From Chitinophaga pinensis (GTDB lineage: Bacteria > Bacteroidota > Bacteroidia > Chitinophagales > CAIOSU01): 64,000 nucleotides of DNA. Shown here in pieces: positions 1 to 9,495 of this stretch (within the stretch, counting starts at the first letter, position 1; each line of letters begins with the position of its first letter). A program made the translations under genes and the position numbers. Location of the stretch: positions 16,149 through 80,148 of the forward strand of contig CAMDKI010000011.1 in the NCBI GenBank assembly GCA_945901065.1, written 5' to 3'. The notes under the pieces were generated by a model. It did no database searches and was not told the origin of the DNA. It saw nothing but the letters and a program-made list of their open reading frames with translations.

Positions 1-2004
1 CGGACGCTGCGTTGCAATAATCAAATGTATACCAATGGCACGAGCCAACTGTGCCAAACGGGCAATGGGTGTTTCTACCTCTTTTCCGGCGGTCATCATT
101 AAATCGGCAAACTCATCCACTACCAACACAATGTAAGGCAAAAACTGGTGGCCTTTATTCGGGTTTAAGCGGCGGGCCACAAACTTAGCGTTGTATTCCT
201 TAATGTTACGCACCTGCGCCTCTTTCAAAAGGTCGTAGCGGTTGTCCATTTCAATACAAAGGGCATTAAGGGTATGGATAACCTTCTTGGTATCGGTAAT
301 AATGGCCTCTTCCTCGCCAGGTAATTTAGCTAAGTAATGTTTCTCAATCATTGCATACAAGGTCAATTCTACCTTTTTAGGGTCGACCAACACAAACTTT
401 AGTTGAGAAGGGTGTTTTTTGTAAAGCAATGAAACCAAAATGGCGTTCAAGCCTACTGATTTACCTTGGCCCGTAGCACCCGCCATTAATAAGTGTGGCA
501 TTTTAGCCAAATCGGTGGTAAATATTTCGTTGGCAATGGTTTTACCAATAACGATAGGCAACTCGGCCTTACTGTTCTGGAACTTCTCTGATGCTATCAA
601 CGAGTGCATACTCACCACTTCCTTCTTCACGTTTGGCACTTCTATACCTATAGTACCCTTGCCCGGGATTGGAGCAATAATGCGGATACCTAAGGCTGCC
701 AAACTCAAAGCTATGTCATCCTCAAGGTTCTTGATTTTGGAGATACGCACGCCAGCAGCAGGTACAATTTCGTATAAAGTAACTGTTGGACCAATGGTAG
801 CCTTTATCTTCGATATCTCGATATTGTAGTTCTGTAGTGTTTCAACAATCTGGTTTTTATTCTTCTCCAGTTCTTCAGTATCTACTAAAATCTTCTCGCT
901 GCCATGTATTCTCAGTAAATCCAAAGGCGGAAATTGAAAATCCCTCAAATCCAACGTTGGATCATATTCACCCAAATCATTGAATATCTCTCCGGCCTCT
1001 TTCTCCACTATCCCTTCATTCACTTCCAGCGCAAGGTCTTCGTAAGGTGCCACTATTTCGTGGGGTGTTTCGGGTTGGTTTACTTCAAACGAAAGGCCCG
1101 GAACAGCGGCAGTGGTAGCCGCAGTGGCCGCAACTGGCGTAATAATGTCAAAATCCAACGGGCCATCTTCCTCTTCCTCTTTGCCGTCAACCTCCCAAGG
1201 TAAATCAACTTCCTCTTCGGTCATATCTTCTTCCACAGCGTTTACCCCATCGTTTTCGGTCTCTATCTTCTTCGTCCAGTTTTTTACATCCGTATCTTCA
1301 TCGTCGTATTGGAAACCTGGAACACGGTTCTTGTTATTGGCAGCATTGGCTTCTGCTACTTTAGCAAATACTTTGGCAGGTATAAGTTTGCCAGGATTAT
1401 AGTTGAACTTGAATACCAAGTATGCCAGCAAGCCAAAACCTAATAATGCAGCCGTGCCCAACATGCCCATAAACTCCATCAACCACTCGCTTACCGAACG
1501 ACCAAAAGCACCGCCCCAGGGAAAACTCATCACCTGAAACACAAACGCTAACGCTACTGAGAAGTATACTAAACAAAGAAAACCGTACTTGAAAATACGA
1601 CCCAACTGCAAGGGCAAACCAAAACCCCACTTTAAGCCAATAGAAAAAAGTATGCCTACAATGGCCCACGAAGCAACCCCAAACAAGTTGTAATAAAACT
1701 GGTGCGACAGCACTGCGCCAAAGCGGCCGAGCATGTTATCCACCGTTACGTCGCTGTTCAGGATCATCCTCCACGAAAACTCCAGCACGCTGCTTTGGTC
1801 TTTCTCCCAAGTAAAAAGATACGAAAACATGGCCGCACCAATAAGCAGGCCCAAGAACATACTGGCCAATCCCAAGATGCGCGGCGTGCGCTCATCGGCC
1901 AGCATAGTGTTGATAGCGGAAGGCTTTGCCTTGGCAGCGGCTTCTTCACCATCAATAGGCTCTTTACCTTTGGTGCTCTTTTGATTTTTTTCTTTGACTG
2001 CCAT
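1..2004 (-). CDS. ftsK: DNA translocase FtsK/SpoIIIE (N-terminal 668 codons; 3' end lies beyond window start)
   Basis: The minus-strand frame is open from position 1 to the ATG at 2004. It is absent from the ORF track because no stop lies in the window. My translation gives N-terminal TM helices, an acidic linker, then PHLLMAGATGQGKS (Walker A), LVVDEFADLMM (Walker B) and IATQRP. The plus-strand ORFs at 440-2052 are antisense shadows. Confidence 0.9.
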   Translation of the reverse strand, partial: MAVKEKNQKSTKGKEPIDGEEAAAKAKPSAINTMLADERTPRILGLASMFLGLLIGAAMFSYLFTWEKDQSSVLEFSWRMILNSDVTVDNMLGRFGAVLSHQFYYNLFGVASWAIVGILFSIGLKWGFGLPLQLGRIFKYGFLCLVYFSVALAFVFQVMSFPWGGAFGRSVSEWLMEFMGMLGTAALLGFGLLAYLVFKFNYNPGKLIPAKVFAKVAEANAANNKNRVPGFQYDDEDTDVKNWTKKIETENDGVNAVEEDMTEEEVDLPWEVDGKEEEEDGPLDFDIITPVAATAATTAAVPGLSFEVNQPETPHEIVAPYEDLALEVNEGIVEKEAGEIFNDLGEYDPTLDLRDFQFPPLDLLRIHGSEKILVDTEELEKNKNQIVETLQNYNIEISKIKATIGPTVTLYEIVPAAGVRISKIKNLEDDIALSLAALGIRIIAPIPGKGTIGIEVPNVKKEVVSMHSLIASEKFQNSKAELPIVIGKTIANEIFTTDLAKMPHLLMAGATGQGKSVGLNAILVSLLYKKHPSQLKFVLVDPKKVELTLYAMIEKHYLAKLPGEEEAIITDTKKVIHTLNALCIEMDNRYDLLKEAQVRNIKEYNAKFVARRLNPNKGHQFLPYIVLVVDEFADLMMTAGKEVETPIARLAQLARAIGIHLIIATQRP

Positions 2005-2110
2005 ATATGTATTGGTGCAAAGTGTAAAATTACGAAACGCCAATCACATTGAAGGGGTAATGCAAAATAGGCTATAAACAGGTGTCGTTTGTTGTGGACA
2101 TTCTTTCTTA

Positions 2111-2166
2111 GTATCAAGTAGTGAGTATCAAGTACTTTCGATTTACGAGGTACGATTTACGATTGA
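2111..2166. repeat. Heptamer array, forward arm (GTATCAA then CGATTTA dialects), 8 units
   Basis: Reads GTATCAA GTAGTGA GTATCAA GTACTTT CGATTTA CGAGGTA CGATTTA CGATTGA with no gaps. Confidence 0.9.
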
Positions 2167-2238
2167 ATGGTCGAAAAATTAAGGAATTTGACCGGAGATA
2201 AAACTAAAAAAACAATTCACACAACATTTTATACGCAG

Positions 2239-2301
2239 TACTAACTACTTGATACTTGATACTTGATACTCACTACTTGATACTCACTACTTAATACTAA
2301 A
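2239..2301. repeat. Heptamer array, reverse arm (TACTTGA dialect), 9 units
   Basis: Reads TACTAAC TACTTGA TACTTGA TACTTGA TACTCAC TACTTGA TACTCAC TACTTAA TACTAAA. Positions 2260-2283 are the perfect reverse complement of 2111-2134. Confidence 0.9.
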
Positions 2302-2353
2302 ATTGAACTTTTGCTCGTAAACTTGTTTTAATTTGTAACAAAGCTTTCATGTT

Positions 2354-3628
2354 ATGGAAATGCAACTAAATCACCCACTTAGCCTTTCTGATACTTTTGC
2401 GAAGCGTTTTAAGCATATACGCGCTCAAACGGAAGCTATTTGTGCGCCTTTGAAAGTGGAGGATTATGTGGCACAGCCCATCGTGGATGTTAGCCCCCCG
2501 AAATGGCATTTAGCCCATACTACGTGGTTTTTCGAGAATTTCATATTGTTGCCGCACTTGCCTGGCTACAAGGTTTTTGATACCGACTTTAGCTATATGT
2601 TCAATAGTTATTACGAGAGTGTGGGTGAGCGTGTATTGCGCGACCACCGTGGCCACATGACCCGCCCTAGTGTTGTTGAGGTGTATGAGTATAGGCGCTA
2701 TGTAGATGTAGCCATGCTGCAGTTTTTTGATAAAAATGATGAATTGGATGCGGCATTAAAATACACATTGGAGATTGGCTTACAACACGAGCAGCAGCAT
2801 CAAGAGCTGTTGGTTACGGATATTAAATACATACTCGGGCACCACCCATTGCATCCCGTGTACAAGGTAATTGAGTTGCCAGAAACCGGAACTGCACTAC
2901 CGCCGCAATGGCACGAAATAGCCGAAGGAATTTATTATATTGGATACGATGGTAGTGGATTTTGTTTTGATAATGAACAAGGTGTGCATCAAGTTTACCT
3001 GCAACAATGTCGCATCATGAACCGCCCCATAACCAATGCAGAGTACTTGCGGTTTATGGAAGATGGAGGTTATGCCAATCACCAATGGTGGTTTGCTGAT
3101 GCCTGGGGATGGCTAAGCGAAATGGGCATAAAAGCCCCACACTATTGGGAGCAACATAACGGCCAATGGTACCAATACCAATTGGATGGCTTAAAACCCA
3201 TTGACCCAAATGCACCCGTAACCCACGTAAGTATGTATGAGGCTGCGGCCTATGCCATGTGGGCCGGCAAGCGCCTACCTACCGAACAGGAATGGGAAGT
3301 AGCTGCCAAAACATTGCAGCCTGGAGGGCCTAGTGAGGGCAACTTCCTAGAGCAAAGTAAATTTCAATCGTTACCTACCCAAGAAAATAGCCAATGGTAT
3401 GGCGATGTTTGGGAATGGACCAACAGCGCCTACCTGCCTTACCCCTATTACCAGCGGCCCGATGGTGCGCTGGGCGAGTACAATGGTAAGTTTATGATTA
3501 ACCAAATGGTATTGCGCGGCGGCTCTTGTTCTACGCCACAAAGCCACATTAGGCCTACTTACCGTAACTTCTTTCAGCCGGATAAAAGGTGGCAGTTTAC
3601 GGGTTTTCGTTTGGCGGAGCACGTTTAG
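2354..3628 (+). CDS. egtB: EgtB-like sulfoxide synthase (DinB-like N-domain plus FGE-sulfatase-like C-domain)
   Basis: 424 aa. The motifs WHLAHTTWFFENF and LQHEQQHQELL fit a DinB-type metal site. The C-terminal motifs RLPTEQEWEVAA, GDVWEWTNS and VLRGGSCSTP fit an FGE-sulfatase fold. No egtD-like methyltransferase is adjacent. Confidence 0.75.
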   Translation: MEMQLNHPLSLSDTFAKRFKHIRAQTEAICAPLKVEDYVAQPIVDVSPPKWHLAHTTWFFENFILLPHLPGYKVFDTDFSYMFNSYYESVGERVLRDHRGHMTRPSVVEVYEYRRYVDVAMLQFFDKNDELDAALKYTLEIGLQHEQQHQELLVTDIKYILGHHPLHPVYKVIELPETGTALPPQWHEIAEGIYYIGYDGSGFCFDNEQGVHQVYLQQCRIMNRPITNAEYLRFMEDGGYANHQWWFADAWGWLSEMGIKAPHYWEQHNGQWYQYQLDGLKPIDPNAPVTHVSMYEAAAYAMWAGKRLPTEQEWEVAAKTLQPGGPSEGNFLEQSKFQSLPTQENSQWYGDVWEWTNSAYLPYPYYQRPDGALGEYNGKFMINQMVLRGGSCSTPQSHIRPTYRNFFQPDKRWQFTGFRLAEHV

Positions 3629-3631
3629 CAA

Positions 3632-3690
3632 GTACCGAGTAGCAAGTAGCAAGTATTTTTGATTTACGAAGTACGATTTACGATTGAATG
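3632..3690. repeat. Heptamer array, forward arm, paralog of 2111-2169
   Basis: Reads GTACCGA GTAGCAA GTAGCAA GTATTTT TGATTTA CGAAGTA CGATTTA CGATTGA ATG. Positions 3653-3690 match 2132-2169 at 35 of 38 positions. It begins 3 nt after the egtB stop codon. Confidence 0.9.
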
Positions 3691-3808
3691 TTGGTTAATT
3701 TAAGAGTTGTAAATTGCAACAAAACAAGAGTAATAATTTAAAGGCCATAATACCTTCCAATCTCGTAATCAGGACTTTGCAAAACCTATTTAAAATTTTG
3801 ATAAGTAG

Positions 3809-3850
3809 GTCTTGATACTTGATACTCACTACTTGATACTTATTCTGTAT
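3809..3850. repeat. Heptamer array, reverse arm (TACTTGA dialect)
   Basis: Reads GTCTTGA TACTTGA TACTCAC TACTTGA TACTTAT TCTGTAT. Confidence 0.85.
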
Positions 3851-3893
3851 CTTTTTCCCGCTTATCCGTTAGCAGTGGGTAAAGCGTTTCGTT

Positions 3894-4487
3894 ATGTCTT
3901 ATACCACCTATCAGATGCAGCAACCATCCTATACTGCCCGCTCGGCCGATGTAAGCGAAGAACAAGCCTGGATAATGGCCGCCCAGCAAGATTCACGCAA
4001 GTTTGAGCCCCTCTACAATCGCTATTACGAGGCTATTTACCGCTTTGTTTACCAGCGCGTAAACGACAAGCATGCCACTAGCGATATTACCTCGGAGGTG
4101 TTTATTAAAGCCTTATCGAGCCTCAACTCATTTTCACATCAAGGCATTCCGTTTAGTTCTTGGTTGTTCCGCATTACGCGCAACATGCTCATCGACCGTT
4201 TCCGCAAGAGCAAAAACCACCGGGTAATAAACGTTGAAACCAGCGCATTGGCAGGTATGGCCGAAGAAGCTGAAGTGACAAGTGTAGATGGGGAAAAGAT
4301 AAACCGCATGTTGCAATGCCTTGAAAACCTTGCCGATGAAGAGATGCAACTGATAGAGATGCGCTACTTTGAGAAGCGCAGCTTTAAAGAAATTGGCGAA
4401 ATACTGGACATAACCGAAAACAACGCCAAAGTAAAAACCTACCGCATCTTAGATAAGATGAAAAACCTTATGCTACAAGCTAAATAA
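3894..4487 (+). CDS. RNA polymerase sigma-70 family (ECF-type) sigma factor
   Basis: 197 aa. It has region 2-like (YEAIYRFVYQRVNDKHATSDITSEVFIKAL) and region 4-like (EMQLIEMRYFEKRSFKEIGEILDITENNAKVKTYRILDKM) sequence. Confidence 0.85.
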   Translation: MSYTTYQMQQPSYTARSADVSEEQAWIMAAQQDSRKFEPLYNRYYEAIYRFVYQRVNDKHATSDITSEVFIKALSSLNSFSHQGIPFSSWLFRITRNMLIDRFRKSKNHRVINVETSALAGMAEEAEVTSVDGEKINRMLQCLENLADEEMQLIEMRYFEKRSFKEIGEILDITENNAKVKTYRILDKMKNLMLQAK

Positions 4488-4494
4488 CCCAGCC

Positions 4495-6183
4495 ATGAAA
4501 AAGAACAAATTCAATATAAACCCTTCCCCTGTAACGCCAGAGGATATACAAGCAGGTAAAAATTTTGATGCCTTTCATAAGCAATACCAAACTACCCAGC
4601 GCGGTTCGGTGCTACGCCGCATGGCTCTGCCTAGCTTAGCTGCAGTTGCCGCATTGGTGCTGGTGTTTATGCTATTTAGGTTGCCCAACGGCGGTACCCA
4701 AATGGTGGCACAGTTTATAGCGCCGCCAATTCAAGGGCTGGAGCGCACCTACGAGCAAATTAGCTTTATGGTTGAAGAAGGACTCATGATAGACCTACCA
4801 AGCGGCACTAAAATAAACATACCGCCCAATGCCTTTGTAGATGCCAATGGCAACCCATACAAAGGCCCTGCAATCCTTAATTACCGCGAATATACCGACC
4901 CACTATCTATTGCCCTGAGCGGCATACCAATGACCTATGATTCGGCTGGAGTATGGTATACTTTCGAGTCGGCGGGGATGTTTGACATGTTGGTTGAAGG
5001 CAAGCCATTTGGCGAGAACGCCGAAGCCACCCAAGCACTTTCATTGGTCAATGGCGCCATAGTATCGGTAGGCATGCCTACTACCAACCCCGACGATGGC
5101 TTTAACGTGTATGAGCTGGATACTGCAAATAAAAACTGGGCCTTGCGTGGCAAAGATTCAATTGCACCTGTGATAGCAGATGCAGCCCCAGAACCTACAC
5201 CTACCAAAATTGCCGCTACCAACCCCGTTAAAGTAGAGGTAACCGATGCCAAACTGCAGCAACTGTACAACACCATCCAAATGATTGGCGATAGCATTGC
5301 TTATTACCAAAACTTTGAGCTGATAAAACCGCTTAGAGCCTCTACCGAAGCGCACCACTTTACCACTGAAATGAAATTGAATGACTACCCGGAGTTGCCC
5401 TTAAATGAAACTGTTTCGTGGGAAGTGGCACCCTACACTGCTGGTTTTGAGCCGACCTTTAAAAGCACCCGATGGGACAACAAGAAAGTAACTCGCATAA
5501 AAGGCACCGAGTACAACTTGCTACTGGAAAAAGGCAGTACCAAACACATTTTTGTATGCAAGCCAGTGTACCAAGGCAAACACTACGCTACTGCCCTAAA
5601 ATACTACGATGCCAAGATGATCACCAATCAAGAGCGTATGGCTTTCCTTGTGCAGCGCCGCAAAGAGTTGCAAAACGAATACGATGCTTACAAAAATGAA
5701 TTGATTGCCAAACAGGGCAACAACACTAAACAGGTACTAGACAATACCGAAGCGCAGTTCGAAAACCAATACAACCTAGCCACCACTCAAAACACTGTGT
5801 ACCGCTTTGTGGCTGTAGACCGCATGGGAATTTGGAACATTGACCAAATATACAAACAGCCAGATTACGTAAGGGCCGAAAGCGAATTTGTGGATATTAA
5901 GGGAAAAGTATTAACCATGCACCGCGTTATCCTTTTCGAGAAAGGATTGCAGGCCAGTTTTGAGTTCTTTAAAATGCCAGATAGCGAGACGGTTAGGTTT
6001 CTATATAACCCCGAAAAGGCGTATACCGGTATTGGTATTACTACTGATGGTAAGGTATTTCTACTTGGGCCAACTGATTTAAAGAAGGTTAAATTGGATG
6101 GTATTAACACCATTAAAACCAAGGAGTTATTTATCCCGAAATCGGAAAAAGAGCTTAGGGATAAATTGAAAAGCATTGCCTAA
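4495..6183 (+). CDS. Single-pass membrane protein, possible anti-sigma partner of the upstream sigma factor
   Basis: 562 aa, starting 7 nt after the sigma gene stop. A ~45-aa cytoplasmic head is followed by one TM helix (LPSLAAVAALVLVFMLF) and a ~500-aa external domain that I do not recognise. No zf-HC2 (HxxxCxxC) motif is present. Confidence 0.6.
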   Translation: MKKNKFNINPSPVTPEDIQAGKNFDAFHKQYQTTQRGSVLRRMALPSLAAVAALVLVFMLFRLPNGGTQMVAQFIAPPIQGLERTYEQISFMVEEGLMIDLPSGTKINIPPNAFVDANGNPYKGPAILNYREYTDPLSIALSGIPMTYDSAGVWYTFESAGMFDMLVEGKPFGENAEATQALSLVNGAIVSVGMPTTNPDDGFNVYELDTANKNWALRGKDSIAPVIADAAPEPTPTKIAATNPVKVEVTDAKLQQLYNTIQMIGDSIAYYQNFELIKPLRASTEAHHFTTEMKLNDYPELPLNETVSWEVAPYTAGFEPTFKSTRWDNKKVTRIKGTEYNLLLEKGSTKHIFVCKPVYQGKHYATALKYYDAKMITNQERMAFLVQRRKELQNEYDAYKNELIAKQGNNTKQVLDNTEAQFENQYNLATTQNTVYRFVAVDRMGIWNIDQIYKQPDYVRAESEFVDIKGKVLTMHRVILFEKGLQASFEFFKMPDSETVRFLYNPEKAYTGIGITTDGKVFLLGPTDLKKVKLDGINTIKTKELFIPKSEKELRDKLKSIA

Positions 6184-6209
6184 TTAGGCAAACAATTTGG
6201 GAGTGATTA

Positions 6210-6941
6210 CTACTGTTTGGCAAGCTTCACAATGCGGAGCTTGTCGAACACCCAAATGAAAGGATACACTGGGTCGATCTCGTACCACTTAACACCGAAA
6301 TTAGCCCTTGCGCCAAATTTATGGTGGTTGTTGTGGAAACCTTCACCCAACATAAATACATCTATTGGCATCAGGTTTTTAGAGGTATCTTTCACCTCAA
6401 AGTTTGTATAGCCGTATTTGTGAGCAAACCAATTGATTACTACCCCATGCACCGGGCCCATAAGAATGTGCACCGGCACCAACAGCAAGAACCAAAGCGA
6501 AGGGGCAAAATACAGATAGAATGCTACGTAAAAGATAATCCACAACAAGCGGTTGAGCTTGCTAGAGGCAAACGTGTCAAACCATTTCCACTCAGGGAGG
6601 TTTTTATAAAACGAACCTTCGTTGGGCGTAATTTTCCTTTCAATGTCAAGATATACCTTACGAGTGCGCATCATCATACTGAACATGTTGGCATCGTACT
6701 TTGGCGAGTGCGGATCTTGCGCAGTATCGGCATAAGCATGGTGCATGCGGTGCATGGCGCCATACACATAAGGGCTAAGATATGAGGAGCCTTGAACAAT
6801 ATAGGAATAGACAAAAAAAGTCTTTTCCCAAAACTTGTTCATGCTGAACATTTGATGGGCAGCATACCGATGGTGGAAAAAAGTCTGAGCAAAAAGCGAT
6901 AAATACCAATGGGCAATAAAGAAAATGAGGATAACTAGCAT
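6210..6941 (-). CDS. Membrane fatty-acid (acyl-CoA/acyl-lipid) desaturase
   Basis: 243 aa with three histidine boxes (HRYAAH, HRMHH, HNNHH) and hydrophobic segments. Confidence 0.85.
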   Translation of the reverse strand: MLVILIFFIAHWYLSLFAQTFFHHRYAAHQMFSMNKFWEKTFFVYSYIVQGSSYLSPYVYGAMHRMHHAYADTAQDPHSPKYDANMFSMMMRTRKVYLDIERKITPNEGSFYKNLPEWKWFDTFASSKLNRLLWIIFYVAFYLYFAPSLWFLLLVPVHILMGPVHGVVINWFAHKYGYTNFEVKDTSKNLMPIDVFMLGEGFHNNHHKFGARANFGVKWYEIDPVYPFIWVFDKLRIVKLAKQ

Positions 6942-7063
6942 TAGCGGATATTAGCGGTGTACCTTAAAGTTAAGGCCAATAGTGCTAACCACATAACCTG
7001 GCACACAATTTAACCCAATAGTATCACAACATAATAATCGACGTTATAGTTTGCGGCCAACAC

Positions 7064-8587
7064 TTACTCCATGTTACTTACTACGGTAAAGCTGCGGTTC
7101 CAGCGTATTTTGCCTTCCATCCAGGTTTTGTATTTATCTAACGATAGCCAAATAAACCAAGCCTTACCTACGATGTGGTCTTCGGGTACAAAGCCCCAAA
7201 ACCGCGAATCGAGGGAGTTGATGCGGTTATCGCCCATCATAAAGTAGTAGTTCATTTTAAAGGTATACTCCGTAACGGCCTTTCCGCCCATAGTGAAAGC
7301 ACCATTGCTGCGCACTATATCGGCTTTCTCATAATCGTTAATGGCCATGCCATAGGTTGTCCAACTCTCTTGGTCTAACTGAATGGTCATGCCGGCATAG
7401 GGTATTTGTATAGGGCCATAATTATCCAAGTTCCATCCTTTTGCTTGCGCAAACTCTGGATACAACTGGCCATCGGTTTGGCCAGGCATACCCACCACCC
7501 GGTAAATGGTATCGATAAACGAAATGGCCTGAATTTTGGCAATCAGTTCATTGTTGTTTATCGGCAAACGGTAGCTATCAATGCCGTGTGCTTCAGGATA
7601 AATATCGCAAAGGTTTACATCCAAGTCGGCCAGTTCTTTTAAAAATGGATAGTTTTTGTACAATTGGGTAATATTCAAATTGCACTCATCGCCATTAGCG
7701 CTACCATGTATTAAACGACCCACACTTAACTCTGGATTGGTATAGGTTACAAAAAACTTTCCTTGCAGGTTTTTGGGTACGAATGCCTTTTCGCCATTAA
7801 TACTCAATACGCCTTCGTTTATCTGCAAGGTATCGCCAGCAATGGCCACGCAGCGCTTTATGTAGTTCTGCTTTTTATCAACCGGAAAATCAGCTTGCGT
7901 ATAATAGTTCTCCACCGGCCAGTTAAACACCACCATATCGTTGCGCTCTACACTCTGAAAGCCCGGCAAACGGTAATAAGGCAAGCTTGGTTTCTCTAAA
8001 TAAGACTTACCACCCGTAATAGGCATATCGCGGTGCACCATCGGGAAGGTGAGCGGTGTATTGGGTACCCTTGGGCCATAGTGTATCTTGCTCACAAATA
8101 AGAAATCGCCTACCATCAAGGTGCTTTCCATAGATGAGGTAGGGATGGTATAAGCTTCGAACACAAACGTACGGATGATGGTGGCGGCCACTACCGCAAA
8201 CAACAACGCATCGGCCCACTCCATGCCTGTGCTGCGCTTTTCCATTACTTTGGGTTCGTATTTCAGGGTTTCTTTGAAATTAAGGAACGGCAAATACAAC
8301 GGCCAAAAGAATATACCGGCCGCTTGCTGTAAAAAGCCACGTTTGCCATACATTTTCAATAGCTCCGTTACCATCCAAATAATTAAGATGATATTGAAAT
8401 AAGGCACTAAAATAAACATCAACCACCAAGGCTTGCGGTCCATTATCTGTATCCAGGCATACACGTTCAGCACCGGTATGCGCGATTTTGAAATCGCTAT
8501 ACCTGCTTTCTCAAAAAACTGGCCCATGAGCATGGTTACCGCGCTCATAAACAACAATGGACCGAATATTAGGACTAACCACATCAT
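7064..8587 (-). CDS. lepB: Signal peptidase I with extended N-terminal membrane domain
   Basis: 507 aa. S26 motifs are [18 protein letters not shown] (catalytic Ser) and [25 protein letters not shown]. It lies downstream of dapB on the same strand. Confidence 0.9.
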   Translation of the reverse strand: MMWLVLIFGPLLFMSAVTMLMGQFFEKAGIAISKSRIPVLNVYAWIQIMDRKPWWLMFILVPYFNIILIIWMVTELLKMYGKRGFLQQAAGIFFWPLYLPFLNFKETLKYEPKVMEKRSTGMEWADALLFAVVAATIIRTFVFEAYTIPTSSMESTLMVGDFLFVSKIHYGPRVPNTPLTFPMVHRDMPITGGKSYLEKPSLPYYRLPGFQSVERNDMVVFNWPVENYYTQADFPVDKKQNYIKRCVAIAGDTLQINEGVLSINGEKAFVPKNLQGKFFVTYTNPELSVGRLIHGSANGDECNLNITQLYKNYPFLKELADLDVNLCDIYPEAHGIDSYRLPINNNELIAKIQAISFIDTIYRVVGMPGQTDGQLYPEFAQAKGWNLDNYGPIQIPYAGMTIQLDQESWTTYGMAINDYEKADIVRSNGAFTMGGKAVTEYTFKMNYYFMMGDNRINSLDSRFWGFVPEDHIVGKAWFIWLSLDKYKTWMEGKIRWNRSFTVVSNME

Positions 8588-8588
8588 G

Positions 8589-8630
8589 AGTTGTTATTTG
8601 TTAATTAGTTGATTGGTAATTGGTTAAAAG
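8589..8630. repeat. Heptamer array (TTGGTTA/ATTGGTA dialect)
   Basis: Reads AGTTGTT ATTTGTT AATTAGT TGATTGG TAATTGG TTAAAAG, immediately upstream of the lepB start codon (8587). Confidence 0.8.
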
Positions 8631-8728
8631 TAACAACTCCTACGAACTTGCCAGCAACTATGTTCTTTAATTAGATTTATTTAACGCTTTTATCTGCAAT
8701 CTTTACTGATAAATATCCTATGCTCCAG

Positions 8729-8773
8729 TCAACCAATAACCAGTTAACTAATAACCAATCAACCAATAACCAG
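8729..8773. repeat. Heptamer array (AACCAAT dialect), inverted partner of 8589-8630
   Basis: Reads TCAACCA ATAACCA GTTAACT AATAACC AATCAAC CAATAAC CAG. The 15-mer TCAACCAATAACCAG occurs twice (8729 and 8759). It abuts the dapB stop (8776). Confidence 0.8.
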
Positions 8774-8775
8774 CT

Positions 8776-9495
8776 TTAAAATTGCAACATATCACCCATG
8801 GTGTAAACACCTTGCTTGCCGTGCACCCACTCGGCGGCTTTTACAGCGCCTTGTGCAAAACCCAAGCGAGAATGCGCCACATGGCTTATCTCAATAGTAT
8901 CAATGCCCGATTGGTAAGTAACCAAGTGTGTACCTGGCACGCCTGCTTCGCGCTTTGATATAATGCTCAATTGCTCCTCTCCTTCTGCTGCTTGGTTTAC
9001 CCACACGTGCTTGCGGTCTAATTCTTCGAGCACACCTGTTGCTAGGGTAATAGCAGTGCCGCTTGGCGAATCGAGTTTCTCGGTATGGTGTATCTCTTCA
9101 AGGGTTACATCATATTGCTCTTGCTCGTTCATTACCTTGGCGAGGTATTTGTTCACTGCAAAAAAGATATTGACCCCAATGCTGAAATTACTAGCCCAAA
9201 ATAGGGTACTATTGCTCTCTTCGCATTGTATAGTTAACTCAGGCAAGTGTTTGTGCCATCCAGTAGTGCCTACTACAACTGGCACGCCCGCCTCAAAACA
9301 CTTATTTATATTGAATATGGCAGTTGCTGGTGTACTGAACTCAATAGCTACATCAGCCTCCTTAAGCATCGATGTAGTCAATGGTCCGTCGCTATCACCA
9401 TCGTATTTCAAAATCACTTCATGTTGGGGTATGCCATCAATAACGCTTTCGATAGCCTTGCCCATTTTACCATATCCTAACAATGCTATCTTCAT
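8776..9495 (-). CDS. dapB: 4-hydroxy-tetrahydrodipicolinate reductase
   Basis: The ORF track extends to 9555, but MKIALLGYGKMGKA (ATG at 9495) is the Rossmann start. It forms an ATGA overlap with the stop of the upstream gene at 9492. EIHHTEKLDSPSGTA is the DapB signature. Confidence 0.9.
   Translation of the reverse strand: MKIALLGYGKMGKAIESVIDGIPQHEVILKYDGDSDGPLTTSMLKEADVAIEFSTPATAIFNINKCFEAGVPVVVGTTGWHKHLPELTIQCEESNSTLFWASNFSIGVNIFFAVNKYLAKVMNEQEQYDVTLEEIHHTEKLDSPSGTAITLATGVLEELDRKHVWVNQAAEGEEQLSIISKREAGVPGTHLVTYQSGIDTIEISHVAHSRLGFAQGAVKAAEWVHGKQGVYTMGDMLQF

Noticed and set aside
440-2117. Several ORF-track entries on both strands (440-829, 934-1203, 1112-1402, 1397-1669, 1702-2052, 1733-1984, 1764-2117).
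   Set aside because: All overlap the long minus-strand frame that translates into an unmistakable FtsK protein (Walker A and B, TM helices). Their own translations are low-complexity and non-protein-like.
2111-2301. Whether the short tandem arrays, here and at the other listed sites, could be CRISPR arrays.
   Set aside because: The units are 7-8 nt and contiguous with no spacers, the arrays are 35-85 bp long, and there are no cas genes. None of this is compatible with CRISPR.
6321-6785. A 154-aa plus-strand ORF. Similar long antisense ORFs occur at 8963-9523, 27788-28291, 43095-43595, 46633-47070, 54179-54667, 56896-57450, 58761-59180 and 60001-60519.
   Set aside because: Each lies fully inside a confidently identified gene on the opposite strand and has a non-protein-like composition.
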